The notes under the pieces: model-generated
Database searches by the model: none
Told to the model about the DNA's origin: nothing
What the model saw: the letters and a program-made list of their open reading frames with translations, nothing else
Shown: positions 28,366-38,400 of the stretch, piece after piece
How positions within the stretch are numbered: the first letter of the stretch is position 1
Layout of the letters: the number at the start of each line of letters is the position of its first letter
Translations under genes and position numbers: made by a program
Source: a virus
Lineage: Duplodnaviria; Caudoviricetes
Reading direction: 5' to 3' (one strand)
IMG/VR virus record: IMGVR_UViG_2775507243_000004
Span: 19,053 to 83,052 of that record
DNA: 64,000 bases

Positions 28366-29357
28366 TGGTTTTCTTTTTGTGGTGAGTGCAGCATGATCTG
28401 ATCCCACTGGCTTGCTGTGATTTCAGCCAAGGCGGTATTCAAAGGCGTTTGAGTTTCTTTGGCGTTTTTAAAAATTGCGCTCATGGATGGGTGCTGCCAA
28501 AACTGCGGATATCGATCCGCATAGAGGGCAAAGGCCACTTGATCATCGATTTGCGGCCAGCCCAATTCCCTAGCCGTTTTAACCCATAGCCGTCCATTTA
28601 AAAACATCTGGGCATAGGGGGCTGATCGCGTGGCATACCATTGCGCTAAAGTACGGTTAATTGCCTCAGCATCGAGGATGGCTTCTGCTTCATGGGGCTT
28701 TAATGTCAGCGTTGCCTGGCTGCCCCTAGTGCTTTGTAGATGAGTGACTCTGCCGTCAATCGATAATAAATACCAGTTAGCAACAGGCCCAAGCCACAGA
28801 CTGATGCGCTCTTCACCCAGCAGCGCTAAAAGTAAGGGCAATGTTCTGGGGTCAGCTGCTCTTAAATAACGCTTACCTGTTTGCCCCTTTATTCTTTGCT
28901 GCATCATTCTGGCCAGCCATGCGGCCAACTCTTCACTACTCGCATGGCTTTGTAGCCAAGCGCATACAGGTAGCCCGCCAAAGCCTCTATCTAGCAGTGC
29001 CAGATTATTTTCTAAGGCAATCTGAATAGACTCTGCAAATAAAGGGTCTTCTTTGCCCTGCAATTGCACTAAATAGGGCAATTGAGCATAAGGCAAAGGC
29101 GGCTCGTTAAAAGTCAGCATGGTGATGCTTCGCCCGTCCCACGCTGCTGTGCGGGAGTCTTGCAGAGTAGGCGTGTTTTCTGGCGGCGCAGCATCTGGCC
29201 CGCCATCCAAGGGGCGTGGCTCGCCCAACATGGGATCAATCAGCAGATAAAAAGCGCCGTCTTGTTTTGATGATCCAATTTGTGCTGCCAGCTGCATAAT
29301 ATGAGTCGGTTCTATAGCCAGTGGAGGCCATGGGTCAAACAGTGCTGTGCTTTGCAT
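28362..29357 (-). CDS. T6SS effector chaperone/adaptor (DUF4123)
   Basis: YLLID, LPYLVQL, WLQS, YLRAADPR and LGPV..W; lies between vgrG and effector. Confidence 0.82.
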   Translation of the reverse strand: MQSTALFDPWPPLAIEPTHIMQLAAQIGSSKQDGAFYLLIDPMLGEPRPLDGGPDAAPPENTPTLQDSRTAAWDGRSITMLTFNEPPLPYAQLPYLVQLQGKEDPLFAESIQIALENNLALLDRGFGGLPVCAWLQSHASSEELAAWLARMMQQRIKGQTGKRYLRAADPRTLPLLLALLGEERISLWLGPVANWYLLSIDGRVTHLQSTRGSQATLTLKPHEAEAILDAEAINRTLAQWYATRSAPYAQMFLNGRLWVKTARELGWPQIDDQVAFALYADRYPQFWQHPSMSAIFKNAKETQTPLNTALAEITASQWDQIMLHSPQKENQ

Positions 29358-29374
29358 TAATTTTGGCCTGTGTA

Positions 29375-32020
29375 TCAAAGAACGGCTGCGCCACCCGCAG
29401 CGGCATCTTTCATTTTTTGTGAACAATCCTTGGCTTTAACAAAGGGCACAAATTGGGGTGTTAAGCTCGCTGGGCCGCTCATATCGTGATTAGCGCCTTT
29501 CACCGTGACAGTGCCGGGGCAATGAATCTCGATATTGCCGCCTTTTAGCCGGATATACCCGCCACCAGCCGTAACTAAAACTTCATCTTTAGCCGAAATA
29601 CTGAGCAGCCCCTTGCAAGCAGTTACTTTCAGGTCTTTATCACCAGTGATTTCGATATCGTCGCTCTGCGCTTGCAACTGGATTTTGCCTTTGGCTGCGA
29701 TCAGTTTTAAAGCGACTTTGTCTTTTACCCCAGCTACAAACAAGCTGATGTTCTGGCGGACGTTGTGAATCCAGCGGCGGCCAGAAGTTTGGTTGGTGTC
29801 TCTTTGGGCGACCAGATCTAAGTTGGTGCCTGCGGTAAGAGTTTGGCTTTGCGGGCTGGTGATAGCCACGCCGTCTTCACCGTGCAGCAGGATAATATTC
29901 TGCTGGCCCGCTTGTTTTTCGGACTGGCTTTTACCGTCTTTATCCGTATTCGTGCCTGCTTCTAGGCTTTTACTGGCGTGGATATGATGGTGCAAATGGC
30001 CTTGGATGTTTTTATCACCCGCGCTATTGTCCGGATTGATTGTTTTATTGTCTTCGCCAGTTTCTATGGTGTCTGCAAGCTGGTTGGTCGCTGTTTCACC
30101 TAGGCTTTGTGCAAGCGCCAAGGCCGATTCAAGCTGGCTTTGCGCGGGGCTGTGGTCGAGCTGTTTACCGGATGCACCGCCTTTGGCTTCGGTGCTGATC
30201 AGCAAGCCATTGGCGCGGATTGCGCCTTGATTATCTGTGCGTAATTCAAACCCTTCACCGCGTGGCTCACCTTTGCCGTCGGTGCGCGGATGGATTAAAT
30301 AGCCAAGATTGAGCTGGGTTTTGCCGTGTTCGCTCGATAGCTTGGTGCGCACTTCACCCTTAGTATCGTCAAACAGCAGCTCGCCGTATTGGCCACCTTC
30401 ATGCTCTTTGGTTTTGATGCCGGATAACGTTTTGTTTGCAGGTAAGACGCCTGCGCTGCTTAAGGTGGGCACGGAATGGCTTCCGTTATAGACAGCGCCA
30501 GTGACTACGGGGCGGTCGATGTCTCCCTCTATAAAGCTGACGGTTACTTCTTGCCCGATACGCGGGATAAACTGATGCCCCCAGCCTGCGCCTGCCGATG
30601 GCGCGGCGACGCGTATCCAGCAGGAGGACTTGTCATCTAGGTTGGCGCCAAACTCCGGGTGCTCGGCAGCACGCTGCCAGTGAAATTGCACCTTTATCCG
30701 CCCTTGCTCGTCGGTATGGACTTCGGAGCCGGCAGGGCCAACCACCGTGGCAGTTTGCAATCCAAGACTGGTGGGCTTGGTAAATTCTTGCTCACCAAGA
30801 TGGCTAAGCACAGGCTGGCCGCGTCTTTGGGCGGTGAAATCGGCTTGGTAAGGCGCGTTACCTTTACCCGAAGTGGCAAGCAGGCTTGGGGCAACTAAGC
30901 CAAGTTGCTGGGTTAGATCCACCGGCAAATTATTATTGGCGGTGAATTGAAGCGCGGTGACGGCAAATTCGCGCTGCTCGGCGCTATCCCATTCGTGGGC
31001 GGGGTGATCTTCTAAGCAAAACCATTGCCCGGCTTGCAAGCTACGTAATGTGCCGGAGCCGCTAAATGATTTCTTTTGCCCGTCTAAAGCGTCCTGGCGC
31101 AGCTTGGCATCGTGGTTGAGCTGGTCTAAATCGCTGGCGTAGTAATGCGCTTGTGGGTCGTAATATTCGAAGCTGGATTGGATTTGCTGCCCGCCATCGC
31201 CTTGATCAACCGTGCTATCGCTTAGGCTATGGCTGGTGCTGCTGGCTTTGTAATCAAAGCTGGCAAGGGAAACTGAGCTGCTACCAATTTGCCGCTGAGT
31301 ATTCCATGTGGTGAGCGAATCACTTTCTTCTGTGGCGTCCGAGCGGTGGAATCTCACCGCACTTTCTGCAGCTTCGGGTAGGGCAAAGGCGTCATCAAAT
31401 ACAATAAGTTGAACCTGAGGCGTGTCTCCGGCCAAATGCTCGAAGCGCCATACCAAGCCGCTTTCTTTCATTAAGCGGCACAAAAACGCAAAATCGTCTT
31501 CTCGGTATTGCAAGCAATAAGAGCGCGGCGGGTATTCGCCTGATAATTTAAAATCCAGCGTTTGTACCGAAGCAAATACAGGGTTTTTGGCCTGATGCTC
31601 GGCCAGTACCTGTTTCACAATATCGGGGGCGGATAAATCCTGAAAAACGCGAGAAGTGCGGCGGTATCTGAGCAGCGCAAAAGGTGGCTCTACGGTGATG
31701 GAATATTTAGCGAAGCCGCCATCCGAGCCTAAAAGCTGCGCCTGCGAGATTACACCACAGCGCTCAATCTCATCGCCATTGGCATCTGCCACAGATAAAA
31801 CAATCGGCAGGCCAAGCAGCGATTTAAGCTCTAAAGCCCCATCGGGTGACAAGCAATCGATCTGATAACGGTAAGCCTGATTAATCCCCTCGCTGCCCGT
31901 CACACGCTGAGGTAAAAGCTGCTCGCCCCACGCTGCGCCATCGCCCAATTGGAGAGAGATAAGACGCTGCTCTTGACTAAACGCAGAGGCAAAGGAAGCA
32001 AGCAGATCACTAAGATTCAT
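29375..32020 (-). CDS. vgrG: Type VI secretion spike VgrG with C-terminal DUF2345-like domain
   Basis: SRVFQD, YCLQYREDDFAF, QTATVVGP...HTDEQGRIKVQFHW, PRIGQEV...GDIDRP and GEGFELRTD motifs. Confidence 0.95.
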   Translation of the reverse strand: MNLSDLLASFASAFSQEQRLISLQLGDGAAWGEQLLPQRVTGSEGINQAYRYQIDCLSPDGALELKSLLGLPIVLSVADANGDEIERCGVISQAQLLGSDGGFAKYSITVEPPFALLRYRRTSRVFQDLSAPDIVKQVLAEHQAKNPVFASVQTLDFKLSGEYPPRSYCLQYREDDFAFLCRLMKESGLVWRFEHLAGDTPQVQLIVFDDAFALPEAAESAVRFHRSDATEESDSLTTWNTQRQIGSSSVSLASFDYKASSTSHSLSDSTVDQGDGGQQIQSSFEYYDPQAHYYASDLDQLNHDAKLRQDALDGQKKSFSGSGTLRSLQAGQWFCLEDHPAHEWDSAEQREFAVTALQFTANNNLPVDLTQQLGLVAPSLLATSGKGNAPYQADFTAQRRGQPVLSHLGEQEFTKPTSLGLQTATVVGPAGSEVHTDEQGRIKVQFHWQRAAEHPEFGANLDDKSSCWIRVAAPSAGAGWGHQFIPRIGQEVTVSFIEGDIDRPVVTGAVYNGSHSVPTLSSAGVLPANKTLSGIKTKEHEGGQYGELLFDDTKGEVRTKLSSEHGKTQLNLGYLIHPRTDGKGEPRGEGFELRTDNQGAIRANGLLISTEAKGGASGKQLDHSPAQSQLESALALAQSLGETATNQLADTIETGEDNKTINPDNSAGDKNIQGHLHHHIHASKSLEAGTNTDKDGKSQSEKQAGQQNIILLHGEDGVAITSPQSQTLTAGTNLDLVAQRDTNQTSGRRWIHNVRQNISLFVAGVKDKVALKLIAAKGKIQLQAQSDDIEITGDKDLKVTACKGLLSISAKDEVLVTAGGGYIRLKGGNIEIHCPGTVTVKGANHDMSGPASLTPQFVPFVKAKDCSQKMKDAAAGGAAVL

Positions 32021-32210
32021 AATAAATCAACGAGGTATGGCGACCGCAAAATATTACACGAAGCTTTAACCTACCTGTTTTATGATTTACCCTGTTTGTG
32101 TATATTCACTAATTCATCAGCCAGTCAACGTAAGTAAAATACCGTACGGACTAAAAACAGGTGTGTAAAGCTTCAAATAAAGTAGAGTAACGGGGCGTTT
32201 TTTTAACCAT

Positions 32211-32453
32211 TTATAAAGCCCAATCAATCACCCCATCATGCCTAATCCGGCAATCATGATAAATGGCAGCCCATTCGGTCATGGTTTGCAGGACATCCCC
32301 GGCAGATCCGTCAGTCAGCGGCGGCAGCTCTGAGGGGCAGCGCACCAGCAGGCTGGCTTGCGGCATGGCCTTTGGCGGCGGCATTGATGAGCAAGCGCCC
32401 AGCAGCAGGCAAGCACTCACGGCTATAGATCGTGCTATTGGTTTTAATTTCAC
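32211..32453 (-). CDS. o-spanin (Rz1-like lipoprotein)
   Basis: Lipobox LLGAC, Pro-rich, C..LP, YHDC..RH; overlaps i-spanin. Confidence 0.8.
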   Translation of the reverse strand: MKLKPIARSIAVSACLLLGACSSMPPPKAMPQASLLVRCPSELPPLTDGSAGDVLQTMTEWAAIYHDCRIRHDGVIDWAL

Positions 32454-32670
32454 GGATGACTCCTCGGTCGATAATGCGTTCTGTAATTTTCAGCGCGGCC
32501 AGGCGCCCTTCTACGGCTGAAGCAATGGCCTCGCTTTTTGCCTGAGTTTTAACTGCCGCGCTGATGGCGGCTTTTTGAGCGACTAATTCCAGCGCATCCT
32601 GCCGCCAGCCATTCACCAGCCAGCCCGCGCCAAAACCCAGCGCGGCAGCAATGATCGTGGCCCGTATCAT
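32311..32670 (-). CDS. i-spanin (Rz-like)
   Basis: N-terminal TM ending GWLVNGWR then coiled coil; start 32670 overlaps endolysin stop. Confidence 0.75.
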   Translation of the reverse strand: MIRATIIAAALGFGAGWLVNGWRQDALELVAQKAAISAAVKTQAKSEAIASAVEGRLAALKITERIIDRGVIREIKTNSTIYSRECLPAAGRLLINAAAKGHAASQPAGALPLRAAAAD

Positions 32671-33134
32671 GAGGTTTGCTCGCACAAAGCCCGCTCTGCA
32701 GCGCGGCGGCGAACCAGCCCGGGGAGTTTTTCTCCGCCGGCGTAGACCCATTTACTCAGCTCTGCACATGCGCCCGCTGTATCGCCGGCATTGAGTTCTT
32801 TAAGCAAGCTTGAGCGGCAGAACTTCCCTCCCCCAACATTAAAGGTAAAAGAGGCAAAAGCACCGCGTTGATTGGCAGTGAGCGGCACGGTGACGCAAGC
32901 ATCGATCGCTCGGTTGGCCGTCAGCAGATCCGCGATCAGTAAGTCTTTGCAGGCATCCGAACTTTTCTTTTGCCCCAGCTTGACCTCTGCCCCAGTATGG
33001 CCCCAGCAGATGGTTGGAATGCCAACCGGATCCGAGTACGCCGCGGTGCGCAGCCCTTCAAAGTGCATCACCACCGGCGTGGCCAGCCCGATGGCCGCCG
33101 CCACCGCAGCACTGATGATTTTCTTATTCATCAT
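32667..33134 (-). CDS. Endolysin, GH24 lysozyme with SAR-like N-terminus
   Basis: FEG...AY.D..GIPTIC.GHT catalytic pattern, LPGLVRRR and Ala-rich N-terminal helix. Confidence 0.92.
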   Translation of the reverse strand: MMNKKIISAAVAAAIGLATPVVMHFEGLRTAAYSDPVGIPTICWGHTGAEVKLGQKKSSDACKDLLIADLLTANRAIDACVTVPLTANQRGAFASFTFNVGGGKFCRSSLLKELNAGDTAGACAELSKWVYAGGEKLPGLVRRRAAERALCEQTS

Positions 33135-33339
33135 TCGCTTTCTCCTCTTTATTTCCACGTTTACGCAGCACGCGCCAGTACTTGAGCGCAAGTAAGCCAA
33201 TCTGCAATACGAGATAAAGCAAGGTCACCAGCTGGATCAGTTCATCCATGCTCCATGAGCCCACCGCCGAAATGCTGAGGGTGAATCCTGTTCTAATGCC
33301 GACGCTGCCGATATCGTCTTTCAACATGTTTTGATCCAT
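33124..33339 (-). CDS. Putative holin
   Basis: Small TM protein with basic C-terminus directly upstream of endolysin. Confidence 0.7.
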   Translation of the reverse strand: MDQNMLKDDIGSVGIRTGFTLSISAVGSWSMDELIQLVTLLYLVLQIGLLALKYWRVLRKRGNKEEKANDE

Positions 33340-33362
33340 AAAAAAACCCGCTCGAGGCGGGT
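33340..33362 (-). terminator. Terminator between tail and lysis genes
   Basis: ACCCGCC-TCG-AGCGGGT followed by T tract on minus strand. Confidence 0.65.
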
Positions 33363-33407
33363 GTGGTTTCTTCAATAAAAGGGGCTTTATGCGCGTAAAC
33401 GGCTTTT

Positions 33408-34472
33408 TTATGCGGTGATTGAGACCAGTTTCTTAGCGGGCTTTTTCTTCTTCGCGGGTTTTCTGGATTTCTTAAGCTGGGCTTTGCTGATCACCAGCTC
33501 TAGACTGCTGGACCAGCCATTGGCACTAAAATCATGGGTAATCGTATCCACTACCCACTGGCCATCTACCCCCAGCTTCACGCCTGACAGGCTGATTTTA
33601 CGTTCGGCCACGATATCTGCCCTGCCTGCCAGATCCAGCGTTAAGGTGCCGGTGGAGCGGTTATTTCGCTCTAACGCCCCTTTTGCGCTTGCCCCCGCCC
33701 TACCTGTGCTGGGCACAGAATGGCGAGCGGCCCGCACAGGCGCAGAAGGATTGTCTTTGTCCGGCACAATGATTTCCAGCGTTTTACCGGTCTTTTTGTT
33801 ATGGCTTTTAACGGCAACGCCGCCCGACTCATTCCGGTCTGAAAGGGTGTAGCGCCAGCTTTTAATATCGGCCCTGTGTAACACCAGCAGCGGAATCGCT
33901 TTGCCACTCACGCTTTTAGTCTGCCCGCCACGCGGAACGACCAGCAGTTTTCCGGCTTTGACGGAGGCGGTGGCGTCGTACTGTCTCGCAATCCGCGTAA
34001 TAAAGTGGATATCCGATTCATTCACCTGATCCAGCCGCTCTACCCTGGCCTTCATCGTGCACACCGGCGTCAGCTTATTACGCTGCGCAATCTCTTTGAC
34101 CACCTGAGCGAGGGTGACGTTTTCCCATGCATGGCGGCGCACCGCTTTTACCGTGCCGGATAAATCCGCAGGCCGGCCACGCAGGGTAATTTGTTGTGGC
34201 GGGCCGCTGGATTCCACTTCATCAATCCGATAGCTGCCCAGCGTTGTCAGCCCTGTTTCCTGATAGCCCAACGAAATCTGCAGCCGTGCACCTCGCGCCG
34301 GCAATGCCACTGCGCCATCCCGATCATCCAGCGAAATCTCCGCCTCATCACTCTCCATCCCCGCTTTATCTGTAATCCGGATACTGAGCAGCCGATCCGA
34401 CAACAGGGCCGTAATATCACGCCCAGTGGCCTGGCCTGCAGCCGTGGCTACAATTTTAAAGATGGGTTGCAT
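33408..34472 (-). CDS. Late control / tail protein D
   Basis: TDKAGMESDE, IDEVESSGPP and DQVNESDIHFITR motifs. Confidence 0.92.
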   Translation of the reverse strand: MQPIFKIVATAAGQATGRDITALLSDRLLSIRITDKAGMESDEAEISLDDRDGAVALPARGARLQISLGYQETGLTTLGSYRIDEVESSGPPQQITLRGRPADLSGTVKAVRRHAWENVTLAQVVKEIAQRNKLTPVCTMKARVERLDQVNESDIHFITRIARQYDATASVKAGKLLVVPRGGQTKSVSGKAIPLLVLHRADIKSWRYTLSDRNESGGVAVKSHNKKTGKTLEIIVPDKDNPSAPVRAARHSVPSTGRAGASAKGALERNNRSTGTLTLDLAGRADIVAERKISLSGVKLGVDGQWVVDTITHDFSANGWSSSLELVISKAQLKKSRKPAKKKKPAKKLVSITA

Positions 34473-34475
34473 GCT

Positions 34476-34682
34476 CTACTCCCAAAGCGTAATGGTTTCG
34501 CGCATCGGCGCAGCTAAATCAGGAAAATGGATCATGACGCCCGAGGGATAAGGTTGTTTGATCGCAGCCAGCCCGTGATTGCGGGCCAGCACCGCTTCGA
34601 CCGTGCCTTTCACATGGCCGTAAACGGCATAGCACAGGCGATCGAGCAGGTCGCCATCACACGTTCTGATAGTCTTCGCCAT
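34476..34682 (-). CDS. Tail protein X (P2 gpX-like)
   Basis: RT.DGD.LD.LC...YG...VEAVL.RN.GLA...ITLW; start 34682. Confidence 0.9.
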   Translation of the reverse strand: MAKTIRTCDGDLLDRLCYAVYGHVKGTVEAVLARNHGLAAIKQPYPSGVMIHFPDLAAPMRETITLWE

Positions 34683-35487
34683 AGCGTTTAAACTCCATAT
34701 TAAAAGTCTGTTTACGCGGTGCACCATCGGTAAAGAGAAACTCCTGATCCTCTTCAATGTGAGTGATGTACCAGCGTCCAAATGATTGCCCATAGCCCGT
34801 TGTCAGCGTGACGGGTTTCAATGCGCTGGCGATCTCACGTAAGGTATCGAGATGCCCCGTCCCCTGCTGCGCCAAATAGATCACGCCATTAATTTTGATG
34901 GTTTCACCGCCTTTAGAAACCGCTTGCTCAGCCGGCGTGCGGGTCAGCCGCTCTTGTGACTGAATACCGTACTGGCTGGACCGGCTCAGGCGATCAAATG
35001 CGGCCTGCCCCAGCGCGAAACGAAAGATCCGGCCTTTTTCAGCGGCGATTTCTAATAAAAAGCCTTTGGCAATCGGGGTCTCATCCCGACGAATTCCTTC
35101 ATCAAATAAAACATCACGCGCACGAATAGCGCCATTAACGCCAGCAGAACGCATATCCAGCACGCCCCCCATCGATTTCTTTAAGGCGCCATGGCTCAAA
35201 TCCAGCCATGCACCGGCTTCACGCAACGCCTGGCTGGTGCTGCGGGTAATATCTTGCACAGCGAGCTGAAGCACACCAGCGGAACGACTCACCGCACGGG
35301 CATTGGGGCCATCCAGCAGTTCCCCCGCACTGGCAATCAACCCCACCGCTTTTTGAGTGAGCTCGGCCGCAGTTCTGGTGTCTTTGATTGCCACAGAGAT
35401 ATCCCGCGGCAATATCCGCATATTGGCGACAGCAGCAGACCGGCCAGCCACTTGGGTGGCAACCTGAAGTAAGGGCATAAAATCCAT
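34657..35487 (-). CDS. Tail protein, gpU-like with N-terminal extension
   Basis: AAFDRLSR, QERLTR.PA.Q, LTTGYG..FGRW and PRKQTF motifs. Confidence 0.85.
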   Translation of the reverse strand: MDFMPLLQVATQVAGRSAAVANMRILPRDISVAIKDTRTAAELTQKAVGLIASAGELLDGPNARAVSRSAGVLQLAVQDITRSTSQALREAGAWLDLSHGALKKSMGGVLDMRSAGVNGAIRARDVLFDEGIRRDETPIAKGFLLEIAAEKGRIFRFALGQAAFDRLSRSSQYGIQSQERLTRTPAEQAVSKGGETIKINGVIYLAQQGTGHLDTLREIASALKPVTLTTGYGQSFGRWYITHIEEDQEFLFTDGAPRKQTFNMEFKRYGEDYQNV

Positions 35488-35489
35488 AA

Positions 35490-38400
35490 TCAGCCTATTG
35501 GGTCATACATGGCAGAGCGGCTGGCCTGTTGCTGCCAGCCATCAAAAATGCGCTTCAAATGCGGGGCGATTTCAGCGGCAATCTGCTGCGGGTTTTTAAC
35601 ATCGCCCTTTACCGTCACCTGAATCGTGGGCTGAAAGGTAAAGACCTGACTGGGAATGACTTTAGGTTCAGGCTTCACAACCGGAGGGACAATGACCGGC
35701 GGTGCAACAGGTGGCACAGGGACAGTAGGAGCAGGCGGTTTTGCTTCCTCTTTACCCGCAATCGCCTTACCAATCAGCGCGCCGATTTTTTCACCGCCCA
35801 ACGCGCCTATGGCCCCGCCCAGCAAGCCACCAATCGCAGTCCCTATACCCGGCGCAATCATGGTGCCGATCACGGCCCCCATTTTGGCACCTGCCAGCCC
35901 CCCTCCTAATGAGCCTGCAGCCCCGCCATAGCCTTCGCCTTTCTCCGGCGCTGTCTTGGCGTTTTTGTAAGTGTCATAGGCCGTATAGCCAGCACCGGCT
36001 ACCGACAAAGCCGCACCGCCCACCTTGCCCAAGACTTTGCTGCCGGTTTTAAATGCCTGGCCTATCTTGGCTAATTTGCCAACCCGCTCCACGGCAGGCA
36101 GAGGCCCCAGCGCAGGTCTTACCCGACCTGCACCGCGCCCACGCCTTCGGCGTGATCGCTCGCGGCCCCCTCCGGATCGATCGGCGCCTTCCCCTGAAAG
36201 ATCAAGACCGCCCCCTGTCGGCAGATTTGTGACAAAGACTTCTTGCACACCGCCCGCGTCCCCACCTTGCCCGCCTTCTTCTCCCTGTCCACCCCGTAAG
36301 ACGCCCACGGCATCATCTAAAAAGCCACCTACCGCCGAACCAATGCCTGGCGCAATCATTTCGCCAAGGGTGGCGCCAATTTTGAGGCCATCGGGTGGAT
36401 CACTTGCCTGCGCTTTTTGCTCCCCTGCATGCAGTGCAGCTTCGGGGGCGTGCTCTCCATTTTTGTAATTGCCATAAGCGGATGCTCCTAAGGTCCCCAG
36501 CGCCATGACTGATCCGCCAAAGCGGCTCACCAAACGCCCGCCCGCCTTAAATGCGCGGCCGATTTTGGCCCGCTTTCCTGTCCGTACGGGCCCTTCTGCT
36601 TGCGGTGCATCAGGGCTGGTAGACGATGTGGCGCCACCTACTGACGGCCTGCGGCTTGATCCGCCCAAAGACCCGCCCGGCCAATTGGTCACAAAGACCT
36701 GCTGTACACCGACCTCTGCGTGACCAGCCCCGCCTGCGGCGCTGCCCTCACTCCCTGCACCGGGCAAACGCAGGCCCATTTTTTCCAGCGACTTACCAAC
36801 CAGCCAAGTACCCGCACCTGCGGCGACCCGTTTTAGCGCAACCAACCCCACACCAATGCCAGCCGCTAAGGCAGTCAGTGCAATTGCCGGATTATTTGCC
36901 GTGATCGTTGTGCCAAACTTCAACACTTGCGCCGCCGTATCCGCCACAAAGTCTGTCACCGGGCGAATCGCATCGCCAATCGTCACCATGGCCGCCGTAA
37001 ATTCACTGGCGACCACATCCCATTTACGGTTTGAGGTTTCATCCCGTTTGGATTTATCGGTATCGAGTTTTTTAATCCCGTCGGTATTTTGAATTTTGAT
37101 CAGATCATCTTTAATTTGCTGACCATATTTAATCTGTGCCAGTGCGGCAGAACGCGCCTGCATATCACTGAGCACTTCCCCCAGCCCTGCCGCCTGCATA
37201 TAGGCCGAGAGCGCTTCTTCTTCGGCTTTTTTATCTCCGCTGGCGTTTTTAATCCGGGCTTTGATATCCGCCAGCTTTTTAGCTCGGGTTGCATCGCCAC
37301 TGGTGGCTAGGTTTTCGGTCAGACGCATAAAGGCCGCGACCGGCCCATCGCCATGGGCACGCATGGTGGCTTCCATCGAGCCTTGCAGATCGATCCCTGC
37401 ATCTGCAAATTTCTTATTGGAATCCGGCGCGATGATTTTAGAGAGTAAGTTTTTAAAGTTATTGGCCGCGCTGTCGGCATTACCCGTCAGCTTAATCTGC
37501 GCTTGCAAGCTGGCAGCGATATAACGCACGGCCTCCGGACCTTGCATCCCCATGCTGCCCACCGTGGCCAGCAGCTCCGGCATAAACTTGGCCATCTTGT
37601 CGGATTCAAAAGCCCCGATGTCACCGGCCACCGCAATCTGGCCCATGACTTTTTCCATCTCAGCCTGATTCACGCCGTTTTGCTGTAATGAGTAAATCAG
37701 TTGCGCAGCATCGCCGGATTCCATCTTTTGACCGATGGTGAGCTTGCCCAGCAAATCGCTATAGCCCACCGCTTCACGCCAGTCCATGCCTTGAGTAACA
37801 AGCCCATTCACAGAAGCGGCCAGATCACTCTGGGCCATTTTTTGCCGTTTGGCGGCAGCGCGGATCGCCCCGTCCAGCTCTTTTTCTCCGCCTTGTCCGG
37901 CAATGCCGGCTTTTATGGCGATATCACGGATTTCGGCCTGATAGTCGCCAGCTATTTTGGTCGGAATAGCCGCCGTAGCCAGCCCAAGCCCTGCGATACG
38001 GCCCAGCTTCACGCCCGAGTCCATTTGCGTTTTGCCCGCTTCCTGCAAGGCTAAACCACGGCTGGTGCGGCCCAGGCGAATGTATTCTCGGTCCAGCTTA
38101 TCAACCGCAACGCCCGCTTGTCTGAGCTGCCCAATATGCGTATCCAGGCGACGGCGCAGGCCACCATCTGCCACCGCGCGCTGAGAAGTCGCCACGTCCC
38201 GCATGCTGGAGCCTAATGCCGTACTGGCTTGCCTTGCGCCACCTAAAGCTTGCGTCTGCTGCTTTAATTCATTTTTACTGGCATGCAAAGCCGCACGCTT
38301 TGCTTCAAACGCTTGCTTGGCCCGTTTTGCTTCTTGCTGGGTTTTTTCCAGTTCATGGGATAGCTTACTTTCTGCAGCAGTTGCATCTTTACTTGCCGCA

